Origin: a candidate division WOR-3 bacterium
GTDB lineage: Bacteria; Hydrothermota; Hydrothermia; B15-G9; DRBW01
Length of the DNA stretch: 25,309 nt
Direction: 5' to 3'
NCBI GenBank assembly: GCA_011042705.1
Contig: DRBW01000204.1
Coordinates: forward strand, 1 to 25,309
Under the pieces are notes generated by a model. The model was not told where the DNA came from, did no database searches, and saw nothing but the letters and a program-made list of their open reading frames with translations. Shown here in pieces: positions 6,153-13,590 of the stretch; within the stretch, counting starts at the first letter, position 1; every line of letters starts with the position of its first letter. Both the position numbers and the translations under genes were made by a program.

Positions 6153-8401
6153 AGAAAACCAGGAAAAAGGGAAAATCCAGGGAGAAAAAGCCCTTCAGGC
6201 TTCCCCCTTATGCATATCCTGCTTTCATTTTCCTATTTGTCCTCTTTTTCTTCAGAGAGATCCTCTCGAGGAAATACTTCCTCTGGGAGGACATGATAGA
6301 ATATCTCTATCCCCTGCGTTTTTACCTGGTAAAAGCTCTGCACTCGGGCCATCTGCCTTTCTGGTCTCCTTACATTTTTTCCGGGATGCCCTTTCTCTCT
6401 GAGCCTCAGGCCGCCGTTTTTTACCCATTTAACCTCCTCCTTGTCCCTTTCTCTCCCGGCGGACACCTCTCCTTTTATCTCCTCGAGCTTCAGATAGTAC
6501 TCCACTTCCTGATTGCTGCTTTTTCGGCCTATTACCTCATGAGAAGATGGGGGGCATCACAGCTGGCCTCATCTGCCTCTGGGATCACCTACGCCTTCTC
6601 CAGCTTCCTTGTCCTCCACATAATTCACGGGATAATCGTGAACACCTTCGCCTGGTTCCCGCTCCTCCTCCTGGTTTTCGACAGGGCCCTCGAGAGATCG
6701 AGCCTCTTTTACAGCGTCCTCACGGGGATATTCCTGGGCTTTATAGCCCTGGCGGGTTATCCGCAGCTAATGGTTTATCTGGTCCTTTTCATGGGGCTCT
6801 ACCTCATCTATTTTCTCGTGGTCAGGAGAACACTCAAGGAAAGGTTCAGGCTCGTCCTGCTATTTGCCCTCATGATCCTGATTTTCGGAGGGCTCTGGCT
6901 GTGGCAGGTCATCCCCACCAATTTCATGAACGCCTTCACCGAGAGAAAGGTCCTCGATTTCGAGGCATCGGCGGAGAATTCGGTGAAGCCGCTGGTCCTT
7001 TTGATAAAGCTTCTCGTGCCCAAGTATTACGGGAGCATAAACGGGATACGCGGGGGGAATTTTTACTTCGGGGGCAACTACTGGTCCTACTGGGAGGCGG
7101 GAATCTACGTGGGGATCCTGCCCCTCCTGCTTTCCCTCTATTATCTTTTCAGGAGGAAAAGGGGTAAAGCATGGCTATTTGGGGCCATCGGCCTTTTCAG
7201 CCTCTGGTTTTCCATGGGCAAATACGGCGGACTCTATTACGTTCTCTATCACCTTCTTCCGCCCCTTCAGAAATTCAGGAATCCCCCGAGGTTTTCCGCC
7301 TTCTTTGTCCTGACCTTTTCCGTCCTCACCGGTTTCGCCATCGATTACCTCAGGAAAGCTGACCGCGGACTCCTCAGAGGGTTTCTGAAGTTACTCGGCG
7401 CGGCGGTGGTCTTCGCTCTTGCCCTCGAGATATACCTCAGGTTCGGCGGGACACCGTCAGATTACAGGGAAATGGTATACCACGGTGTCAGGCTTAAAGC
7501 TGTCAATGTTTTTCTCCTTATCTCCCTGCTGTCCTTTCTGCTCTTTTTCGCCTTTTACAGGACAGGGAACGAGCTTTACTTCACCCTGATACCTCTCCTC
7601 ATAGCTTTCGATCTCTATCTTTTCGGCCACGATTTCCCGCTGGGTGACAAGGATCCAGCGCGTTATTACGATAGAACGAAGCTTCCCGCCCGGGTCAGGA
7701 ATGACAGGGGTATTTTCAGGTTGAACATCAGAAAAGACGGCTATCTCTACCTCCCGAGGAACGCGGGCCCCATCGTGGGCTATGAGATAATCGACGGATA
7801 TGAGGTCCTGAAGCTCGATCGATACATCAAGTTCTACATGAACGCCCTTCCGGCCCTGAAGTTCGACCTTCTGAACGTCAAATACAGGCTGGACGTCGAT
7901 CTCGCCCGTAAGTCCATGGAGATCGTCGAGAACAAAAACCGCCTTCCGAGGGCGTTTCTCGTTAGGGAAGCGAGGTCTGTCGGTTTCGATGAGGCGCTCA
8001 GGGAGATAAAGAGCGGCGACTTCGACTATCGAAGCGTGGCTCTCGTGGAGTCCCTGGGCGTAGCGAGGAAGACCTATTCCGACAGCGGAACGGTTGAGGT
8101 TCTGGAGAAGTGGGACCAGGGTGATGTCTTTGAGGTGTCGGTCCCCGACAGCGCCTTTCTCGTTATCAGCGAGGTCTGGTATCCCGAGTGGAAGGTTCTT
8201 CTGGACGGGGAGGAGACGAGGTTTTATCCCGTCGACCTCACGCTGATGGGAGTTGAGATACCGCCGGGAAGGCACAGGGTGGAACTGAGGTTTTATCCTG
8301 GCAGTTTTTACATGGGTTTGAAACTCACCCTCTTGACATTGGTCCTTTCGGTGCTTTTACTATTAGTGTCTTTGAGAAGGGAAAGGAGAAGGGGGAGTTA
8401 A
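6149..8401 (+). CDS. YfhO-family (GT-C fold) multi-pass membrane protein
   Basis: D...YLYP, LPFWSPYIFSGMPFLSEPQAAVFYPFN, LAGYPQ, YVGILPL, FRNPPRF, and C-terminal soluble domain with LVISEVWYPEWK and G.HRVELRFYP. ATGA overlap with gtrA. Confidence 0.9.
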   Translation: MKKTRKKGKSREKKPFRLPPYAYPAFIFLFVLFFFREILSRKYFLWEDMIEYLYPLRFYLVKALHSGHLPFWSPYIFSGMPFLSEPQAAVFYPFNLLLVPFSPGGHLSFYLLELQIVLHFLIAAFSAYYLMRRWGASQLASSASGITYAFSSFLVLHIIHGIIVNTFAWFPLLLLVFDRALERSSLFYSVLTGIFLGFIALAGYPQLMVYLVLFMGLYLIYFLVVRRTLKERFRLVLLFALMILIFGGLWLWQVIPTNFMNAFTERKVLDFEASAENSVKPLVLLIKLLVPKYYGSINGIRGGNFYFGGNYWSYWEAGIYVGILPLLLSLYYLFRRKRGKAWLFGAIGLFSLWFSMGKYGGLYYVLYHLLPPLQKFRNPPRFSAFFVLTFSVLTGFAIDYLRKADRGLLRGFLKLLGAAVVFALALEIYLRFGGTPSDYREMVYHGVRLKAVNVFLLISLLSFLLFFAFYRTGNELYFTLIPLLIAFDLYLFGHDFPLGDKDPARYYDRTKLPARVRNDRGIFRLNIRKDGYLYLPRNAGPIVGYEIIDGYEVLKLDRYIKFYMNALPALKFDLLNVKYRLDVDLARKSMEIVENKNRLPRAFLVREARSVGFDEALREIKSGDFDYRSVALVESLGVARKTYSDSGTVEVLEKWDQGDVFEVSVPDSAFLVISEVWYPEWKVLLDGEETRFYPVDLTLMGVEIPPGRHRVELRFYPGSFYMGLKLTLLTLVLSVLLLLVSLRRERRRGS

Positions 8402-8430
8402 AAGGGGCGTTGAAGACCGGCTTAGGATCA

Positions 8431-8464
8431 GGGGCGGCGTTTCCCGAAAGGGAAACGCCGCCCC
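8431..8464. terminator. Perfect 15-bp GC hairpin with GAAA loop between convergent yfhO and protease genes
   Basis: GGGGCGGCGTTTCCC-GAAA-GGGAAACGCCGCCCC. No clear U-tract on either strand. Confidence 0.7.
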
Positions 8465-8489
8465 GCCATTTAATTCAGTTTCCGGTGAT

Positions 8490-11400
8490 CTACTTCTCTT
8501 TCGAACCCGATGTCTCTTTCTCCGTGCTGACTGTCGGGCAGCAGTTGGGCGCCGGTCCACCCGCAAAGAGATAATTGGCGAAATAGGTCAGGTCGCTGAT
8601 GGAGAGGGTACAGTCGCCGTTGACGTCTCCAGACATGTAAGGCATCGGAGCAGGTCCGCCGCCGAAGAGGAAGTTCGCGAGATAAGTCAGGTCGATGTAG
8701 TTGACGTTGCCGTCGGAATTGGCGTCTCCGCAGAGAAAGCCCGAATAAATCTGGATGCCGTAAACGGCATCGAGAGCCTCATCTTCGCTGGAGTTCTTGT
8801 AGACAGCCAGGACGTACCACCCGGAGATAGAAGGTGTATAGACGAAAGATTCGTCGCCTCCGGGTCCGTTGGAGTTGCCGCAGACCAGGAAATCCCCGCG
8901 CCCGTAATAACCCGTGTCAGGTCCAAAGAGGCCGAAGCCCAGGTTAGCATTTCCGCTCGAGTTCGTGAGGTAGAAATAGTATTCAGTTGTGTCGCTGAGC
9001 TGCACCTCGTAGATGTTCAGGAGCCTGTGGGGCGGAAGGTTCTGATCGCTCAGCATGACGGGCGGCACGAAGAGCCTGTCCTGTGAATCGGTGGCATCTA
9101 TATAGTAGTTATCATGGCCGCTAAGGTATCTTGTAACGGCGGGGTAGATCGAGTCGAGGGTCCCGCTGTATGCGGCCACAACGAAGTCCACGTTGGGACC
9201 CGCGTAATAAGAACCATCAGCGAGAACGCTGAAGCCCGACTCGCTGCCCGAGTAATCGGTATACAGCCTGAGGTCATAGTCTTCGTCATCGGTGGTCGGC
9301 GCTATCCCCACTCCATAGGCATACATGCCGGACCTACGGAACTTGTAGCCATCGCAGTTTGGATAGATCCCCGAGCCGTAATCAGGCGGCCTCGTGCTCA
9401 GATAGGGGACCTCCTTCTGGATCTCTATGGGTTTCCATACGAACTGATGCTCGTAGTAGTTATCGCTCTCATCAGATTCGGCTATGACGTTGTCGACGTC
9501 GATAGAATCGCCGATGGTATGTCTCCCGCCCTTTATCATCACGGGGACATTGGCGTGAATAAAGAGTTCACCCGGGTTGATGTTGTTGGCTGCCCAGGCT
9601 CCCCACCACGTGGGGACTCCATCGATGTAGAACTGATGTCTGAAAATCGTGTCGGTGGGAGCACTTCCGTTGTTGGTGCCCATCATATTCAGATAAGTGG
9701 TGTCGTCACTCGGAAGTTCCGGTGGAAGTGGACCGTAATAAGGACCTGTGTCAGAGGTATCTCTCGGGAAAACTGGATAGGGCCAGGCTGCGGGCTGATA
9801 GTGAGTGAGGTTCGGTTCCCCGACCAGGGAGACGGTTATGTCGAAGGTCGAAATGGCGCCATGATAGCCGTCCACGACCAGGTAGTAGGTTCCCGCCGGC
9901 GCATCGGGATAAGTGGCGAAGCTGTTCCCATAAGCCACAGCCGAGTTATTGTCACAGTCGTTCAGTATGAAGATGTCCACGTCATAAGGGTTGTTGAATA
10001 TATGGGCCTGTATCTCCGCCCCGCTATAGGGCACATCGAGCCGAAATACTATCTCTCTTCCCGTTTCGGTCCACGATGAAATGTTGTAATCGTCCCAGAA
10101 CATCGCGCCCTTGTACGTGCCCTGGGTGATGGTATCGCCGGGAGATATATCTATGGCTCTGGAACAGGGAGAAACGTCTTCCTTGCGTGCCCAGGCTACG
10201 GAGAGGTAAGTCGAGGTACCCGGGTCGAACCTGTACCTCGACACCCTGATTGTGTAATGCTGGGTAGTGGTTGCCACAAATTGACATATCTCATAGGAAT
10301 TGTCCCAGCTATTGCTCGTGGCCACGGGGATTTCATTTTCGTCGAGGACTATAAGATCGAGATCGGCGTTGAGCGTGTCACTCGAGTAGTTCGGGCCACC
10401 CGAAGCCGTGGCGTCCCAGCACAATACCACTCTCCAGGTATCTCCCTCGGTGGCATCAATGGCGTCCTCGTAATCGATGTAGCCGTCAGGATCGAAGCTC
10501 GACGGCGTCACAGAGGCTGTCCTGTACCAGGAGTTGATCACTGCAGTGACGGCCGTTGAGACGACGATCTCCCCGGCGCCATCCTTGTCATCATAAGCCG
10601 TCCAGCTCCCTCCGGAATTTGGCAGTTCAGGACCCTCAATATTGTGAAACGCTGAGGCCATGAGGATGGCCTTGACGGCCTCAGGCCAGTATTTGAGATT
10701 GTCATTCGCATCCATGAGGAGGGCGGCGGCACCCGCCACGGCGGGCGATGAGAAGCTCGTTCCGCTGTTTATATAGCCCGTCCAGGGTGATGATGTGCTC
10801 AACATGAGTACGTCCTCACCCAGCGCTACGAGCTCGGGCTTTTCCCTGTCGCTGTGTGTCGATACCGGATTGACGTATTGCGAGAAACTGGAGATATTAT
10901 CGTCGGACCAGAAGCCGTTGTCGTGGTCGTCCATGGAGCCGACTGTTATGACGTTATATGCATTGCCCGGATTGCCGACGTGAGTGTCCCCGCTGCAGTT
11001 ACCGGTGTTCCCTGCGCTGGTGACTATGCTTATCGCGTGCACCTTTATGAGGTAGTCGACCCACCGGGAGCGATCGTTCATCTCGCCCGAGTAAGCACAG
11101 CCGCCCCAGCTCATGTTTATCACATCGGCTCCCATGTTGATTGCCCAGAGAGCTGCTGAGTCGTAGGCAGCCAGGTTTCCGAACTCCTGGAAATTGGCGG
11201 ACAGCAGGGTATCGGCATGGTAGCTGACACCCCTGACCAGTCCTTCCTGGGAAGCGATGACACCGGCGACTCCGGTCGCGTGGGCTTCCACATTGGGACT
11301 CCAGGGCTTCCAGTAAACAACGGGAGGCAGGTAAGGATTGGCCGAGGAGACGCCGTCGTCCTCGTGAACACAGACGACAGTGTTTCTGCCGTCTATGCCC

Positions 11401-12047
11401 CCGAGCCAGGCGAAGGTGGCTCTCTCAGTTGTCGTGCCGTAATCGCTGTTTCTGTGGTCCTCAGTTGGCCCGTAAATCTTGACCACGGCGGGCTCCTGGC
11501 TTATCTCCCGGATGGCATCGGGGGTGAGCTTCGCGGTGACGAAAGGAGCGAGAGCACCCTGAGACGCCTTGAAGCCCATTTCCCTTATCCTCTCGGCGAT
11601 AGGCCTGGTGGCGGATTCTATGATCGGAAGAATTTTGCGGGTCCTTTCTATTCTGTCGGCCTTTGTCATGTTTTCTGACCTGGGATAGAGCTCGGAGGGA
11701 TCGGGACAAGCCAGCCAGATGGTTACCATGATGAGATCGTTTTTTCCGGCGGTTCTCAGGATGTCAAAGAGCCTTCTGTCGAGTTTTCCGTACCTCGTCT
11801 CCCTGGCGAAGGCTTCTCTCTGGAGCAGGTGATCGAGGATAACCTCTTTGCCGTTTTCGTCGTAGGCCTTTTCGTAAATCTTTCCCGTGGAAAGGTCCAT
11901 CAGCTTGTAGACGACGATGTCCATATTCAAATTTTCCAGGTGAACTACCGAACGGTTCAGAGCCCTTGCCCCGGGAACGGGAGATTCAAGGGAGTAGGCA
12001 AGAACAGCGGAGAACATGATCGATAAAAACAGGACTTTCAGTTTCAT
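8490..12047 (-). CDS. Secreted multidomain S8 subtilase: signal, prodomain, catalytic domain with apparent Glu-His-Ser triad, PPC/CARDB-like beta domains, C-terminal dockerin-like repeat
   Basis: GIDGRNTVVCVHE229DDG, EAH256ATGVAG, VINMSWG, SAGN347, GTS431FSSPAVAG; DLDLIVLD and DVDIFILND PPC-like strands; VIAESDESDN CARDB-like motif; twin DxNxDG repeats at the C-terminus. GGAGGA SD upstream. Confidence 0.92.
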   Translation of the reverse strand: MKLKVLFLSIMFSAVLAYSLESPVPGARALNRSVVHLENLNMDIVVYKLMDLSTGKIYEKAYDENGKEVILDHLLQREAFARETRYGKLDRRLFDILRTAGKNDLIMVTIWLACPDPSELYPRSENMTKADRIERTRKILPIIESATRPIAERIREMGFKASQGALAPFVTAKLTPDAIREISQEPAVVKIYGPTEDHRNSDYGTTTERATFAWLGGIDGRNTVVCVHEDDGVSSANPYLPPVVYWKPWSPNVEAHATGVAGVIASQEGLVRGVSYHADTLLSANFQEFGNLAAYDSAALWAINMGADVINMSWGGCAYSGEMNDRSRWVDYLIKVHAISIVTSAGNTGNCSGDTHVGNPGNAYNVITVGSMDDHDNGFWSDDNISSFSQYVNPVSTHSDREKPELVALGEDVLMLSTSSPWTGYINSGTSFSSPAVAGAAALLMDANDNLKYWPEAVKAILMASAFHNIEGPELPNSGGSWTAYDDKDGAGEIVVSTAVTAVINSWYRTASVTPSSFDPDGYIDYEDAIDATEGDTWRVVLCWDATASGGPNYSSDTLNADLDLIVLDENEIPVATSNSWDNSYEICQFVATTTQHYTIRVSRYRFDPGTSTYLSVAWARKEDVSPCSRAIDISPGDTITQGTYKGAMFWDDYNISSWTETGREIVFRLDVPYSGAEIQAHIFNNPYDVDIFILNDCDNNSAVAYGNSFATYPDAPAGTYYLVVDGYHGAISTFDITVSLVGEPNLTHYQPAAWPYPVFPRDTSDTGPYYGPLPPELPSDDTTYLNMMGTNNGSAPTDTIFRHQFYIDGVPTWWGAWAANNINPGELFIHANVPVMIKGGRHTIGDSIDVDNVIAESDESDNYYEHQFVWKPIEIQKEVPYLSTRPPDYGSGIYPNCDGYKFRRSGMYAYGVGIAPTTDDEDYDLRLYTDYSGSESGFSVLADGSYYAGPNVDFVVAAYSGTLDSIYPAVTRYLSGHDNYYIDATDSQDRLFVPPVMLSDQNLPPHRLLNIYEVQLSDTTEYYFYLTNSSGNANLGFGLFGPDTGYYGRGDFLVCGNSNGPGGDESFVYTPSISGWYVLAVYKNSSEDEALDAVYGIQIYSGFLCGDANSDGNVNYIDLTYLANFLFGGGPAPMPYMSGDVNGDCTLSISDLTYFANYLFAGGPAPNCCPTVSTEKETSGSKEK
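8547..8732 (-). repeat. Duplicated EF-hand-like dockerin-type repeat within the protease
   Basis: CGDANSDGNVNYIDLTYLANFLFGGGPAP and SGDVNGDCTLSISDLTYFANYLFAGGPAP. Confidence 0.85.
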
Positions 12048-12481
12048 CTCGACTCCTCCGTATTTTTCCCGGTTACCTTTTTCGCCCTGAAGGAGTTGCC
12101 GCTCTTGATCCTGATGACTCTCTCTCCCGACTTTCTGTATTTCCAGGGGTGGAGGAATTTGTCAAGGGCGATCTGCGCTTCCCTGAGCCTGACCTGGTCG
12201 TTTTCCCTTCTGTACTTTTCGATGAGGTTTTCCAGCCGCTGCCTCTCGAGCCGTAATTTCATGGCTTCAACTTCCCTGTTGTAGGCCTCAGGGGAATCCT
12301 CTGCGTTTTTCAGGTAGAGGACTTTCTCCGAAGCATTGCCCTTTTCGACCCTGACGGCCTTTTCCCGATCGGGGCCGGAAGGTTTCGTCCTGCCTTCTCT
12401 CTCCACCGGCACTGCATCCTCAGCAGACAGCATTCCGCCGAGGAAGAGCAGAACCAGAAGAGAGCCGATGGATTTCCTCAT
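12044..12481 (-). CDS. Hypothetical exported alpha-helical protein, translationally coupled to the protease
   Basis: GGAGG SD then ATG at 12481; signal peptide MRKSIGSLLVLLFLGGMLSA; charged helical core; its TGA overlaps the protease ATG (ATGA, 12044-12047). Confidence 0.8.
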   Translation of the reverse strand: MRKSIGSLLVLLFLGGMLSAEDAVPVEREGRTKPSGPDREKAVRVEKGNASEKVLYLKNAEDSPEAYNREVEAMKLRLERQRLENLIEKYRRENDQVRLREAQIALDKFLHPWKYRKSGERVIRIKSGNSFRAKKVTGKNTEESR

Positions 12482-12491
12482 GGTCACCTCC

Positions 12492-12686
12492 CTATTTTCC
12501 CTGTGGATTCAAGGGAATTCGGTTTTCGCCAGGGCAGTAATGCACCCGGCGTTTTCCCGAAGAAATTGACAGATTAGCCAGACATGACGCAGTTCTCAGC
12601 GTGAGGGCGAGAAGGTTGAGGACGTTCGAGAGATCCCCATCTCCTGAAGGCTGTTCTTTCTCACCCCAACTTTCTTTCCTCGGCAA
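12492..12686 (-). CDS. Possible small upstream ORF (64 aa), no recognisable family
   Basis: AGGAGG SD about 8 nt before a TTG start; its TAG abuts the SD of the next gene. No motif support. Confidence 0.3.
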   Translation of the reverse strand: MPRKESWGEKEQPSGDGDLSNVLNLLALTLRTASCLANLSISSGKRRVHYCPGENRIPLNPQGK

Positions 12687-12896
12687 AGAACTACCTCCTC
12701 ATATCCAGATCCAGAAGTGCAGGACTCAGCTTCCTCTCGACCGATGGGGGAATCGGCCCGAAGGAAAGCATAAAATCCTGAATTATTGATATATGTGACG
12801 GGCGATTTTTTCAAGGGGAAGGCGAAATTTTAGCAGTTTGATGACAAAAGAAAATGTCTTCAGCACACGAATTAATGGAAGGGGTTGGGCATAAAA

Positions 12897-12969
12897 TGGA
12901 GCTGGGGGGATTCGAACCCCCGGCCTCAGGAGTGCGATTCCTGCGCTCTCCCAACTGAGCTACAGCCCC
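12897..12969 (-). tRNA. tRNA-Ala(CGC)
   Basis: GGGGCTG/CAGCTCC with G3:U70; anticodon arm CAGGA-ATCGCAC-TCCTG; GGTTCGAATCC; no encoded CCA. Confidence 0.96.
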
Positions 12970-12993
12970 ATAAACGTTGTTCTTCGAATAAAT

Positions 12994-13022
12994 AGTTTAA
13001 CTTTTCAGGTCGGTTTAGTCAA
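12994..13022 (-). promoter_or_regulatory. Sigma70 promoter of tRNA-Ala(CGC)
   Basis: Minus strand TTGACT (13022-13017), 17 nt, TAAACT (12999-12994). Confidence 0.8.
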
Positions 13023-13463
13023 TACCGCGAAAAATTCATCGGAGGTCGATAATAGGAATGACACTTTTTATCACTTGCTGAGTCGTCTTTTGCAACTCTT
13101 TCGGATTCAGTATCACGTGGCTTCGAGGTCGCCGGGCTATAAGGCGAGGCTGTGCTGATGACAGGGACATGGTCAGGCAGGTAAGAGGGATCAGAGCGAG
13201 GTAAGACAGGTTGAAGATGAGGGCCGGTAGTGGTTTTTGCCCATCTTCGAGGACAGATGCGAGGGATCTAAATGGTATCGTGGAATTCAACAAAGGGCAG
13301 AAGATGAGAGTCACGACTTTCGCGGTCCTGAAGGGCAAATAGCTTCGATTCCGACCCCCGGGTAAACATCTTATTTAAGGGCACTGTTTGACCCGCAAGG
13401 GGCACTGATAACTACCGGGATGACGATAAATCGTTGAAAACTAATGAATTACGATTTAACCCC

Positions 13464-13493
13464 TTGATAGTACGAAGCACAACGGTAAATAAT
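13464..13493 (+). promoter_or_regulatory. Possible sigma70 promoter upstream of the pseudouridine synthase leader
   Basis: TTGATA (13464-13469), 18 nt, AATAAT (13488-13493), in AT-rich DNA. Confidence 0.45.
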
Positions 13494-13541
13494 AGACAAC
13501 TTGCAATGGAGGGAAATAAGAGACCGGCTATAGGGGGTAGT

Positions 13542-13579
13542 TGGCGGGGGCTCCTTCGGAGCCCCCGCCAGCCTCTTTT
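13542..13579 (+). terminator. Intrinsic terminator immediately upstream of the pseudouridine synthase gene
   Basis: TGGCGGGGGCTCC-TTC-GGAGCCCCCGCCA 13-bp stem followed by GCCTCTTTT. Only 11 nt separate the T-run from ATG 13591. Confidence 0.75.
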
Positions 13580-13590
13580 AAGGGAATTCC

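Noticed and set aside
9114-10079. 321-aa plus-strand ORF, and similar long antisense ORFs (2656-3258, 7457-8275, 14662-15180, 16766-17338, 21689-22234, 22207-22812, 24592-25104)
   Set aside because: They overlap motif-bearing genes, have no motifs of their own, and are expected from codon bias in GC-rich coding DNA.
8400-12969. Protease module as an island integrated at the tRNA-Ala(CGC) 3' end
   Set aside because: No integrase, and no duplicated tRNA 3' end near 8400-8490.
13036-13338. 100-aa minus-strand ORF with a hydrophobic stretch
   Set aside because: TTG start without SD and no family motif; kept only as part of the unexplained intergenic finding.
13379-13412. GGCAC motifs as sigma54 -24 boxes
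   Set aside because: No TTGC at the required -12 position for either copy.
13500-13545. Fluoride or preQ1 riboswitch (GCAATGGAG resembles the start of the fluoride motif)
   Set aside because: The complementary P1 strand and downstream pseudoknot sequence are missing, and no preQ1 stem with A-rich tail is present.
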